From a virus (Duplodnaviria; Caudoviricetes), in IMG/VR virus record IMGVR_UViG_3300025018_000269, positions 1 to 40,245 of that record: 40,245 bases of DNA; one strand, 5' to 3'. The notes below the pieces were generated by a model that worked only from the letters and a program-made list of their open reading frames with translations, searched no databases and had not been told where the DNA came from. The position numbers and the translations under genes were made by a program. How positions within the stretch are numbered: the first letter of the stretch is position 1; every line of letters starts with the position of its first letter. Below are positions 1 through 7,070 of the stretch, one piece after another.

Positions 1-2
1 TG

Positions 3-161
3 GGAGGGACCGCTAACAACGCGATCTTTCCAATCGCGAAAATCGAGACACGACGACGATGGATATTTTTCGGCGGTCCATCCGCTATTCACAAAGAAAT
101 CGTTATCGGTTATTGGGGCCTGCCGATCGACATCGGCGCGAGAGCCCTAAGTTTTGCTTAA
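3..161 (+). CDS. 3' end of an unidentified late gene (partial)
   Basis: Frame 3 is open from the window start to TAA at 159-161 (...HKEIVIGYWGLPIDIGARALSFA*), just before the lysis cassette. Frame 1 is also open to 150, so the frame is uncertain. Confidence 0.35.
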   Translation, partial: GGTANNAIFPIAKIETRRRWIFFGGPSAIHKEIVIGYWGLPIDIGARALSFA

Positions 162-187
162 AAATCAAACTGCTCTAAGGATGCCCG

Positions 188-589
188 ATGGAACTTTTCT
201 TCAAAGCTATGCAATTGGCCAACATCTTCGCCGGCGCGCTGTTGGTTTACGAAGCAATCGCTGCTCTGGCGCTCTGGATACATAGCAAGGACCACGAGGA
301 CATTCCGATCAAAAGATATCTACTGTCGATCGGCGCCGTGTCCCTGGGGTTGATCCCATTGCTTTCTTTCTGGCGCCGACTTCTGGATGGTCGCCTAGAG
401 TGGCTCGAAATAGCGGATGACCTGGCCGATATCTGGCCCGCCAATGCTGCAATGGTTCTGCTTTTCCTGCTCATTTTCCTGTTTCATCACATCTTGCGAC
501 AAAATAAACAGGACTGGTTGGTACAGCATCGCTTGATGATAATCGTTTTGGTGGTATCGTTCCCGGTAACTTATTTGGGCATGTTCTAA
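188..589 (+). CDS. Multi-pass membrane protein (holin/antiholin candidate)
   Basis: About four hydrophobic segments; stop overlaps the next ATG (TAATG); lies in the lysis cassette. Confidence 0.55.
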   Translation: MELFFKAMQLANIFAGALLVYEAIAALALWIHSKDHEDIPIKRYLLSIGAVSLGLIPLLSFWRRLLDGRLEWLEIADDLADIWPANAAMVLLFLLIFLFHHILRQNKQDWLVQHRLMIIVLVVSFPVTYLGMF

Positions 590-972
590 TGATCGCTTCT
601 GGATCCGCGGCTGTGGCCAAGAAAGGTGTCACCGGGATCATGTCAGTATTTGCGGCCATAGGCATCACATCAGAATCCATCCCTCTGTTTCTTGCGGTTA
701 TCATCGGTCTGTTCGGTGGAACTGCTGCGGCCTGGGCGCGCGAAAGACAAAACTCCCGGGATCTTCCAAAGCACTGGCTTGCGATGCAGATAGCTGCCTA
801 CGCCATGATCTTCCTGATCGTCATCGCCATCAACGAATATCCCGGCCTGTCTGTCCGGTGGTCTGCAGCCTTGGCGGCGCTGCTGTCGTTTGCCTCACGC
901 GAAGGCCTGACAGCGCTGCACAAGCGCACCGTGAAGGAAATTTCCGAGCGAGACATTTCTGGCAAAAAGTGA
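589..972 (+). CDS. Putative holin (3-4 TM segments, charged C-terminus)
   Basis: Hydrophobic helices and a charged tail (HKRTVKEISERDISGKK); directly upstream of the endolysin. Confidence 0.6.
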   Translation: MIASGSAAVAKKGVTGIMSVFAAIGITSESIPLFLAVIIGLFGGTAAAWARERQNSRDLPKHWLAMQIAAYAMIFLIVIAINEYPGLSVRWSAALAALLSFASREGLTALHKRTVKEISERDISGKK

Positions 973-1006
973 TATCCGGCGGGCTCAATTACCAAAGGAT
1001 GAAAAT

Positions 1007-1519
1007 ATGAGCCCGAAGATTGGATGGCCCCTCTTGTCGAACCAGATCCGGCGCGGACTGGAGAATCACACATTTGGCATGGTGCGCAACGGCGGGAAGC
1101 GCCCGCACCAGGGGTGGGACTTCTACTCCCCGCCCGGGTACCGGACCTATGCGATCGCCGACGGCCGCATCGAGATGGTCCGCGAGACCTATGCCTATGG
1201 CAAGCACGTCATCATGGAATTCATGTTCGACATGGACAACGACGGAATTGAGAGAAAATATTATGCGGTCTATTGCCACCTGTCCCGGATCGACGTCGAG
1301 GTTGGGCAGCGGGTGGTCAAGGGGCAGCAGCTCGGATTGACCGGCAACAGCGGCAACGCGAAATCGATGAAGGGCCTGGATCAGCACCTGCACTTCGAGA
1401 TCCGCAAGCAGCCGATCACCGGCCGCGGCCTGACTGGCAGGCTCTCTCCGTTCCGTGTATTCGGTCACTGCCCGAAGCACGAACCCGTCATTGAAAAGGG
1501 GCCCTTTCTGAGACTTTGA
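1007..1519 (+). CDS. M23 family metallopeptidase, putative endolysin
   Basis: HxxxD (HQGWD) and HxH (HLHFE) zinc motifs, plus YCHLS and GxTGNSG; no signal peptide; lysis-cassette position. Confidence 0.9.
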   Translation: MSPKIGWPLLSNQIRRGLENHTFGMVRNGGKRPHQGWDFYSPPGYRTYAIADGRIEMVRETYAYGKHVIMEFMFDMDNDGIERKYYAVYCHLSRIDVEVGQRVVKGQQLGLTGNSGNAKSMKGLDQHLHFEIRKQPITGRGLTGRLSPFRVFGHCPKHEPVIEKGPFLRL

Positions 1520-1573
1520 CCAGTTCGCGTTTTCGGGATATAGGCGGCATTCCAAACAGGAAAGGAAATCTAC

Positions 1574-1744
1574 ATGCTCAAGGGTAAGAAAACCTATATC
1601 ACCGCCGGCTTGGCCGTGATTGGTGCGCTGGCAGCCTACTTCACCGGCGAGGTTGATCTGGCCAACACGGCCCAGATCATTGTGACAGCTATTCTGGCGG
1701 CATTCATCCGCGATGGTGTCACCACAGAGACTCAGGGCGTCTAG
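1574..1744 (+). CDS. Small 2-TM holin-like protein (56 aa, not in the ORF track)
   Basis: MLKGKKTYITAGLAVIGALAAYFTGEVDLANTAQIIVTAILAAFIRDGVTTETQGV; AAGGA RBS; TAG overlaps the GTG of the spanin gene. Confidence 0.7.
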   Translation: MLKGKKTYITAGLAVIGALAAYFTGEVDLANTAQIIVTAILAAFIRDGVTTETQGV

Positions 1745-2151
1745 TGCTCTGGAAATTAGGGGCCGGAGCAGGTGCGCTTGCTCTGGCCTTTTTCCTGGTC
1801 TGGGTTTACGGAAACAGCCGTGAGCATGCCGGCAAGCTGGAAGAGAGAGGATTGTGGAAAGATGCCGTGGAAGCCAAGAACATCGAAATCTCATCGCTCA
1901 AGCTTGAGAATGCTGCCCGCCTCGCCAACGCGGCCGTCGATTTTGCCAACCAAATGCGCACTATTGATCCGGTCATCATCCGATCGACCAGCACGATCCG
2001 TGAATTCCGTGAAACTGATAGCGGCCGGACTCGCTGCCTTGAGCCTGAGCGCGTGTTTGGGATCGAACAGGACGCCGCCGCCCTTGGCCTTTACAATCCC
2101 GTCAGCACCAGAGGAAGCCAAGAAGCCGTGCCAGTGGACACCGCTGACTAA
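1744..2151 (+). CDS. Inner-membrane spanin (Rz-like)
   Basis: N-terminal TM anchor, helical periplasmic part and a C-terminal Cys; overlaps a lipoprotein ORF in another frame. Confidence 0.75.
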   Translation: MLWKLGAGAGALALAFFLVWVYGNSREHAGKLEERGLWKDAVEAKNIEISSLKLENAARLANAAVDFANQMRTIDPVIIRSTSTIREFRETDSGRTRCLEPERVFGIEQDAAALGLYNPVSTRGSQEAVPVDTAD

Positions 2152-2290
2152 GCAGGCCGATGGATCGATGACAGCTGCAGATACTGAGGCCGCTATCCGT
2201 TCCGGGATGACCGATGTGGCTTTGTGCGATGCGCGCCGGCAGAATGCAGTTGATGCCTGGCCCCAGGGCATCGTTCCGGATCAACCCTGA
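2009..2290 (+). CDS. Outer-membrane lipoprotein spanin (Rz1-like)
   Basis: GTG start (2009 or 2000), signal peptide with lipobox LSLSA-C, Pro-rich with two further Cys; overlaps Rz in the +1 frame. Confidence 0.75.
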   Translation: MKLIAAGLAALSLSACLGSNRTPPPLAFTIPSAPEEAKKPCQWTPLTKQADGSMTAADTEAAIRSGMTDVALCDARRQNAVDAWPQGIVPDQP

Positions 2291-2366
2291 ATTTATTGAC
2301 AATCATTGAATTCAGTGACAGGAAAAGACGTCAGGCTAATCCCCGATGCCTGACAGACCCTCCCCA

Positions 2367-2403
2367 AGCCCCGGGCGCACCGGTATGCGTCCGGGGCTAT
2401 TTC
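2367..2403 (+). terminator. Strong GC hairpin after the lysis cassette (terminator or sRNA 3' end)
   Basis: AGCCCCGGGCGCA/TGCGTCCGGGGCT 13-bp stem with one G-U pair; only a short ATTTC tail. Confidence 0.5.
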
Positions 2404-2410
2404 ATGTCCG

Positions 2411-2452
2411 CGATAATTTTTGCTTCCTCAAATGAGGCAGCAAAAATTATCG
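2411..2452. repeat. 42-bp near-perfect palindrome
   Basis: CGATAATTTTTGCTtCCTCA-aa-TGAGGcAGCAAAAATTATCG; 20-bp arms with one mismatch. Confidence 0.9.
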
Positions 2453-2522
2453 TGATGCAGAATATTTTGCACGTTCCCGAAAATGTGATACATCACGGCC
2501 TCCCAAAAAGAGGGCTTTTATC

Positions 2523-2684
2523 ATGAAAAATCTGAAAATCTGCTTGCTGATGGCACTGGCGCCGATCGCGCTTGTCGCATGTGAAGAAAACCAGCCTCCA
2601 TCGAACCCTGCCCCGGTAGACGAAGAGCCGGTGGTTCCGATCGATGAGGATTGTGGTCCAGGTACGGGCGTCAACTGCCGCTAA
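2523..2684 (+). CDS. Small lipoprotein (53 aa, moron-like; not in the ORF track)
   Basis: MKNLKICLLMALAPIALVA-CEENQPPSNPAPVDEEPVVPIDEDCGPGTGVNCR; lipobox LVAC, GAGGG RBS, own terminator. Confidence 0.75.
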   Translation: MKNLKICLLMALAPIALVACEENQPPSNPAPVDEEPVVPIDEDCGPGTGVNCR

Positions 2685-2702
2685 AAACCGGCCAACATCA
2701 AC

Positions 2703-2742
2703 AAAAAGGAAGGGCCGGGGCTAGTTCTCCGGCCCTTTTTTT
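2703..2742. terminator. Bidirectional intrinsic terminator between convergent arms
   Basis: AAAAAGG-AAGGGCCGG...CCGGCCCTT-TTTTT; A-tract before and T-tract after the stem. Confidence 0.85.
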
Positions 2743-2767
2743 AGAGAATTGTACACGTTACTCCCAT

Positions 2768-3058
2768 TCATCGGGCTTTAATCGAATAGCCTATAGGCGA
2801 GCCAGTCAATTCCTCTCCCTCACCAAGGAAGGGAATCCGCATCTCTTTTCCATCAACCGAGCATGTAGGATGATTTGGGCTAATGCCCATCAGGCCGCCT
2901 CGGAACACCATGTCGATGTCACAAATCGAGCATTTCGCAGTGATTTCGAGATAGTGCAGGTTTGTGTCGCTGGCACCGACGTTGTTAAGATGAAAGTGTA
3001 GATCGCTATGCGGACAATGTAATGATGCGCCCGCCGGGCGTTGGGTATCAGAAGTCAT
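2768..3058 (-). CDS. Hypothetical protein with CxH and CxxC motifs
   Basis: Purine-rich RBS; last gene before the terminator; possible zinc binder. Confidence 0.6.
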   Translation of the reverse strand: MTSDTQRPAGASLHCPHSDLHFHLNNVGASDTNLHYLEITAKCSICDIDMVFRGGLMGISPNHPTCSVDGKEMRIPFLGEGEELTGSPIGYSIKAR

Positions 3059-3075
3059 CTATACAATTCCCTTTT

Positions 3076-3246
3076 TTATCGTTCATCACCAATGAACATC
3101 GCGATCAGCCCCGCATGCAGGGAAACAAAAATCTGCAGGAGGACATATCTAGGGAAAATCGATGGGTCTCCATTGGCAAAGAACAGTCCGAATCCGATCG
3201 CGCTGACTATCAGGAAGCCGGCCGCAAATTTCTTAGCGATGTGCAT
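3076..3246 (-). CDS. Small 2-TM membrane protein (56 aa)
   Basis: MHIAKKFAAGFLIVSAIGFGLFFANGDPSIFPRYVLLQIFVSLHAGLIAMFIGDER; GGAG RBS; fills the gap in the operon. Confidence 0.6.
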   Translation of the reverse strand: MHIAKKFAAGFLIVSAIGFGLFFANGDPSIFPRYVLLQIFVSLHAGLIAMFIGDER

Positions 3247-3448
3247 GATATTTCTCCATGGGTATGATGTAGATGGGTTCTTCCAGCCGTGTATCTGCAG
3301 GAAGGCCCATCAGCTGCCGCATGTGCCGCGCCCTGGCCCGCTTCAAGCGTTTGGTGGCGTTTCTCTTCCGGTCGTTCAGCCGGGCAGCTGCGGAAGATGG
3401 ATCGATCGCGCCGGATGGCGTGAATAGGGGGGCGTCATCCCTGTTCAT
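3233..3448 (-). CDS. Small basic hypothetical protein
   Basis: Start MNRDDAP; Arg/Lys-rich; tiles with its neighbours. Confidence 0.55.
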   Translation of the reverse strand: MNRDDAPLFTPSGAIDPSSAAARLNDRKRNATKRLKRARARHMRQLMGLPADTRLEEPIYIIPMEKYHAHR

Positions 3449-3551
3449 CTTGGCTGTCCTTCGATATTGGCGGCGCGGACCAGTAAACATAGATGACCAA
3501 GCCGATAAACACGATCGGCACCGCGATCCAGACTGCCACAGTCAAGTTCAT
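3435..3551 (-). CDS. Single-TM micropeptide (38 aa)
   Basis: MNLTVAVWIAVPIVFIGLVIYVYWSAPPISKDSQDEQG; GGAGG RBS; ATGA overlap with the upstream ORF. Confidence 0.6.
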   Translation of the reverse strand: MNLTVAVWIAVPIVFIGLVIYVYWSAPPISKDSQDEQG

Positions 3552-3673
3552 ATAAAAAACCTCCAAATCAAGTAGCAAATCAAGACGACGCCGGCGATGA
3601 GCGCGCACAAAAGCCCGCAACCTATCAAATATCCCAGTGCGTTTTCTACGCCAACATCTTCATCTGTGTTCAT
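3548..3673 (-). CDS. Single-TM micropeptide (41 aa)
   Basis: MNTDEDVGVENALGYLIGCGLLCALIAGVVLICYLIWRFFI; GAGGTAGG RBS; ATGA coupling to the next ORF. Confidence 0.55.
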   Translation of the reverse strand: MNTDEDVGVENALGYLIGCGLLCALIAGVVLICYLIWRFFI

Positions 3674-3685
3674 GCCACCTACCTC

Positions 3686-4513
3686 TCAAACTATATCCGG
3701 AAACTGCCGGAACATCAGATCGGCCGGGATCGCCGGCAGCGGCCTTGTCTCCCCGCTCATTTGCTTCATCATGAACGGCGTGTTCGTCTTGACACACTCA
3801 TTTCGGATCGAGCGAGCCGCTTCCACATCGATACCCCGCGCGCCCTTCCCGCTTTCTCCGCCGACTATGATCCAGCCAATCTTCGGGCCAATGGCCCCGT
3901 GCATCTTTTCCGGGCCGTCATTGTCCCAGTGACCGGTCAAGGGATTCACGGTGAAGCCGTCGATGCAGATATCATCGAAACGAACGGTACCGAGAAGCGG
4001 CTCCATGGACAGGAAGCGCAACCTGGCTGGCACTGTGAGCAGAACCGGTACCCGTCGATCATATTCGACCTGGTTTTCAGCGGTGCAGCCGATCCAGACG
4101 TTCTCCCATCCATCGCCCCAGTCGGCTGGCAGCATCTTCTTGATGTTCTGCGGGAGCTTCGTGAGCAGCATGAAGATGACGTCCGGGCATTCGCGCATCA
4201 GGTCCCACGCTTCTGCGCGCCACGTGATCGATTTGTGATTGTCGAAGAAATCACTGAGGCTGTTGATGAAGACCCGCCGCCGGCGCCCATGGATGACATG
4301 GAAGATCGCTGCCTGGCGCTGCCATTTGCGGATATCAGCCCAGCCCTGCTTGATATAGGCGCGAACTCCGTGCGGGCCCCATTTGGCGCGGTGCATGCGG
4401 GTGTCCATCAGTCCCTCAGCGTAGCAATGGTCGCATGCGGGGCTGACCTTGGTGCAGCCGGCCCAGAAGTTGGCGGTGCTGTCCGCCCATTCGATGTTCG
4501 TTTGTTCGGCCAT
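3686..4513 (-). CDS. DUF5131 / phage Gp37Gp68 family protein (three-Cys motif, radical-SAM-like)
   Basis: TNIEWADSTANFWAGCTKVSPACDHCYAE, NSLSDFF, LLTK, FLSMEPLLG, WIIVGGESG, FMMKQ. Confidence 0.9.
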   Translation of the reverse strand: MAEQTNIEWADSTANFWAGCTKVSPACDHCYAEGLMDTRMHRAKWGPHGVRAYIKQGWADIRKWQRQAAIFHVIHGRRRRVFINSLSDFFDNHKSITWRAEAWDLMRECPDVIFMLLTKLPQNIKKMLPADWGDGWENVWIGCTAENQVEYDRRVPVLLTVPARLRFLSMEPLLGTVRFDDICIDGFTVNPLTGHWDNDGPEKMHGAIGPKIGWIIVGGESGKGARGIDVEAARSIRNECVKTNTPFMMKQMSGETRPLPAIPADLMFRQFPDIV

Positions 4514-4540
4514 GTCAGGCTCCTTTCTCGATTTCAGTGA

Positions 4541-4747
4541 TCAGTACCCGTAGCTATCGTTGATGTGGCCAATCTCATCCGGCGTGGCCTCCAACGATAG
4601 CTTATGCTCGAGCAGCTGGATGCGCTTTTCGATCATCCACAAGCGCTTTCCGGTGAGCTGGCCTGATGAATAGTCTGGCACAACGGTGGCTCCGAGCAAC
4701 CCGGTCGTGAAGCTTGCGCGGCCATCTGAGATTCCCACTACAGTACC
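4541..4747 (-). pseudogene. 3' half of a phage gene interrupted by IS110
   Basis: GTVVGISDG...DSYGY* joins in frame to the 6325-6080 half when the IS is removed at the ACG core. The ATG at 4846 in the ORF track lies inside the IS. Confidence 0.7.
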
Positions 4748-4761
4748 GTTGTCTAATTGAT

Positions 4762-4985
4762 TTTCCCATAGGCTAGCCATCCTTTTTGTTTCCATCCCGA
4801 TCACCAAATGGTTGTCTTCGAGGTCTGCGAACGGCTGAGGAGCCATATTGTCCGAGCCTTCATGATTGCGGTCAGGCGGATTGAGTTGGACGTCTCTGTG
4901 TCACCGGCGAGGTAGAACCTTCAACAGTACAAACGAGATCGCCCGTTCTGGCTATCGGTCCCGTATTGCGGTTCCCTGTCTGCTG
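4762..4985 (-). ncRNA. Bridge/seek RNA region of the IS110 element
   Basis: Two loops with a repeated scaffold (TGAAGG...ACCTCG) carrying guides that match the target flank (CGGTGAC, GTACT) and the donor junction (AGACAAC, CGCAAT). Exact RNA ends unknown. Confidence 0.75.
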
Positions 4986-6002
4986 TCAGTTCCAGCAGAA
5001 GTCCGTTTCCGATTGCCAAAGCGTGTGAAGCAGGGCTGCCAGCTTACGGGCCACGGCAACCCGTGCGCGCTTGTGGCCTTTGGTCTCGGCCAGCTTCTTC
5101 CCCCATGTCTGCAATGCAAAGGGACGTTTGACCCGGACCAGCAGATTGTTCGCCGCTTCATAAAGCGCGCTGCGCAGCATTGGATCACCCGCCTTGGAGA
5201 TGCGGCCGTTATAGTCCCGTTCCCCCGATTGCGAGCGTCTGGGCGCAAGCCCTGCATAAGCCCCGGCGTCCGCGCTCCGCCTGAACCGTCCCGGATCCTC
5301 GATTGCAGATTTGAAGGTGAGCGCTGTGATCGGCCCGACCCCGGGAACGCTCATCAGCCGCGTTGCCACCAGATCGCTGGCGGCCCGGGCATCCAGCAGC
5401 TTTGATGACAGAGCAAGCTGTGCGTCCAGTGCTTCGATACTCTCGATCAGTGGCATGAACACGGGCCGCAAGTCAGGCCGCTGGGTGAACAGCGCGTCCA
5501 GCCGTTCGCCCCGCTTGCCCGGCGTCGTCACGCGCCCCATGCGCAGGCCGAACAGCTTGAGCATGCCGCGCAACTGATTGGCAAAGCTGCCCCGCGAGCC
5601 GATCAGCTGAGCCCTGATCTTGAGCGCCGCGCGGTCGATATGGGTGGCGCCTGCCTTCATATGCACGCGCTTGTACCAACCGGTGCGGCACAGCTGTGCC
5701 AGGCTCTCGGCATCATTCACATCAGACTTGTTCACCCTGGCAGACAGCGCCTTCTTCGCATGTCGCGCGCAGATGCACACCACCGGCACAGCCCGCTCGG
5801 TCAGGCCGTGATAGAGGAATGTCGAGAGCGGTCCGGTTTCCAGAACTACGCGGGTCAGATCAGCGCAATGCTTGGCCAGCCACTTGGCCAGCACCTCCGG
5901 ATCGCTTGCCACCACATCCCGGCGAACAATAGCGCCGGCATCATCCACCACGCAAATATGTGTGGTCTTGTCACTTACATCCAAACCTGCATAAATAGTC
6001 AT
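4986..6002 (-). CDS. IS110 family transposase (DEDD RuvC-like domain plus Tnp domain)
   Basis: YAGLDVS, VLETG, KSDVNDA, SVPGVGPITA, GLAP..SQSG, GRISKAGD, AVARKL. Confidence 0.97.
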   Translation of the reverse strand: MTIYAGLDVSDKTTHICVVDDAGAIVRRDVVASDPEVLAKWLAKHCADLTRVVLETGPLSTFLYHGLTERAVPVVCICARHAKKALSARVNKSDVNDAESLAQLCRTGWYKRVHMKAGATHIDRAALKIRAQLIGSRGSFANQLRGMLKLFGLRMGRVTTPGKRGERLDALFTQRPDLRPVFMPLIESIEALDAQLALSSKLLDARAASDLVATRLMSVPGVGPITALTFKSAIEDPGRFRRSADAGAYAGLAPRRSQSGERDYNGRISKAGDPMLRSALYEAANNLLVRVKRPFALQTWGKKLAETKGHKRARVAVARKLAALLHTLWQSETDFCWN

Positions 6003-6006
6003 CGGT

Positions 6007-6060
6007 CACTCTCCTTCTTTGGAACCCCTCGCGGGTGATTCCGTATCAAGCAGGAGAGTG
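6007..6060 (-). promoter_or_regulatory. Hairpin sequestering the transposase RBS
   Basis: CACTCTCCT / AGGAGAGTG 9-bp inverted repeat covering the AAGGAG Shine-Dalgarno sequence. Confidence 0.6.
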
Positions 6061-6079
6061 GCTACATCAATTACGCAAC

Positions 6080-6325
6080 GTCACCGATTGCGTCTGAGAT
6101 AGCGCATTCAAATGCTTCCTGGGCGGTAACCTCGCTGGTCCGCACAAAAGGCCCGGTGTGGGGCAAAGAGCCAGTTCCCTTAAACTCTGCGGATGGATCG
6201 TCCAGCGGACTGTATCGGGCTATCGAAGAGCCAAATTCTGTTATCTCGCGGAAAGCACCGCGCTGTGCTTCTCCCCCCAGATCCGCTGCGGCCGCGTGGC
6301 CGATCGTGTCTTTCTTCTTCGCCAT
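6080..6325 (-). pseudogene. 5' half of the phage gene interrupted by IS110
   Basis: AGGAGA RBS, MAKKKDT...SDAIGD; the present stop codon (6071-6073) lies inside the IS inverted repeat. Confidence 0.7.
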
Positions 6326-6345
6326 CGATTTTCTCCTTTTTTCGG

Positions 6346-6540
6346 TCATAGACTCAGGTCTTCAATCTGCTCGTTTTGCGCGGCTTCCGCTCCCGCGCTC
6401 CACAACTCTCCGTTGACGACATCGTCAAGATCGTAGCCAGCCGCCTCACATGCATCGGAAGCATCCATGCCGGCAAAGGGCCCGCGATCATAAGCCCATT
6501 CGTACCCGGCCCTCCATGCTGCTGGCATCGTCATGAGCAA
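6346..6540 (-). CDS. Small acidic hypothetical protein
   Basis: Tiles between neighbouring genes in the leftward operon. Confidence 0.55.
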   Translation of the reverse strand: MLMTMPAAWRAGYEWAYDRGPFAGMDASDACEAAGYDLDDVVNGELWSAGAEAAQNEQIEDLSL

Positions 6541-7070
6541 TACTCACATGGTCCGGTGCACATATCGCAGCCGATTTCCGCATCAATGCACTGGCCATCA
6601 ATGCATTCGAAGGTGAAGCCCGTTCCTCCGCATTGGCCGCAGTCCGGGGCATAGTCGTAATCCACTGTATTTCCGGATAAGAAGGCCCGAATTGAGTTTC
6701 TGACTTCTTCGCAAGGATCGAAGAACCCGAGCTTTCCTTTGAGCGGGATGAGCGGAAGCTGGAGACGATCGGATATGACAAAGCCGTGGCTGCCATAAAA
6801 CCACTTGCTGTCCATTTCGGTCACACAATCGCTGATTTTCATGGCGCCGACGATCCCGCCGAGCGGCAGCTGCAGGCTGCGTATCATTTTCCGGTCTTCC
6901 TGCAGCGACTGTGATGCGTGGATCAGTACCCAGCCGCGAACTTTCGTCGACCAGTCGCGGTTCTCAACGTCTTTGCCATCGTGCAGGATCCGGTGACACC
7001 ATGGCTGACGGATTGAAAGAGCCTTTATAGTGCTCAGAGCCTCAAGCACCTGCTTCGCGGAATCGCTCAT
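6531..7070 (-). CDS. ASCH domain protein with Cys-rich C-terminal extension
   Basis: KALSIRQPW, GKDVENR, IHAS, GGIVG, KGKLGFF; eight Cys in the last 36 aa. Confidence 0.85.
   Translation of the reverse strand: MSDSAKQVLEALSTIKALSIRQPWCHRILHDGKDVENRDWSTKVRGWVLIHASQSLQEDRKMIRSLQLPLGGIVGAMKISDCVTEMDSKWFYGSHGFVISDRLQLPLIPLKGKLGFFDPCEEVRNSIRAFLSGNTVDYDYAPDCGQCGGTGFTFECIDGQCIDAEIGCDMCTGPCEYCS

Larger units (their letters stand above)
4750..6081 (-). mobile_element. IS110 family (IS1111-type) insertion sequence
   Basis: Transposase plus sub-terminal inverted repeats TAATTGAT (4754-4761) and ATCAATTA (6066-6073); shared CGT core at 4747-4749 and 6079-6081; long 3' non-coding end. Confidence 0.85.

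Noticed and set aside
4541-4846. 101-aa ORF as an independent gene
   Set aside because: Its first third lies inside the IS non-coding end; better explained as the 3' half of the interrupted gene.
4745-6086. CGGT/ACCG as a 4-bp target duplication of the IS
   Set aside because: Also in frame, but the guide matches (CGGTGAC, AGACAAC) place the crossover at the ACG core.
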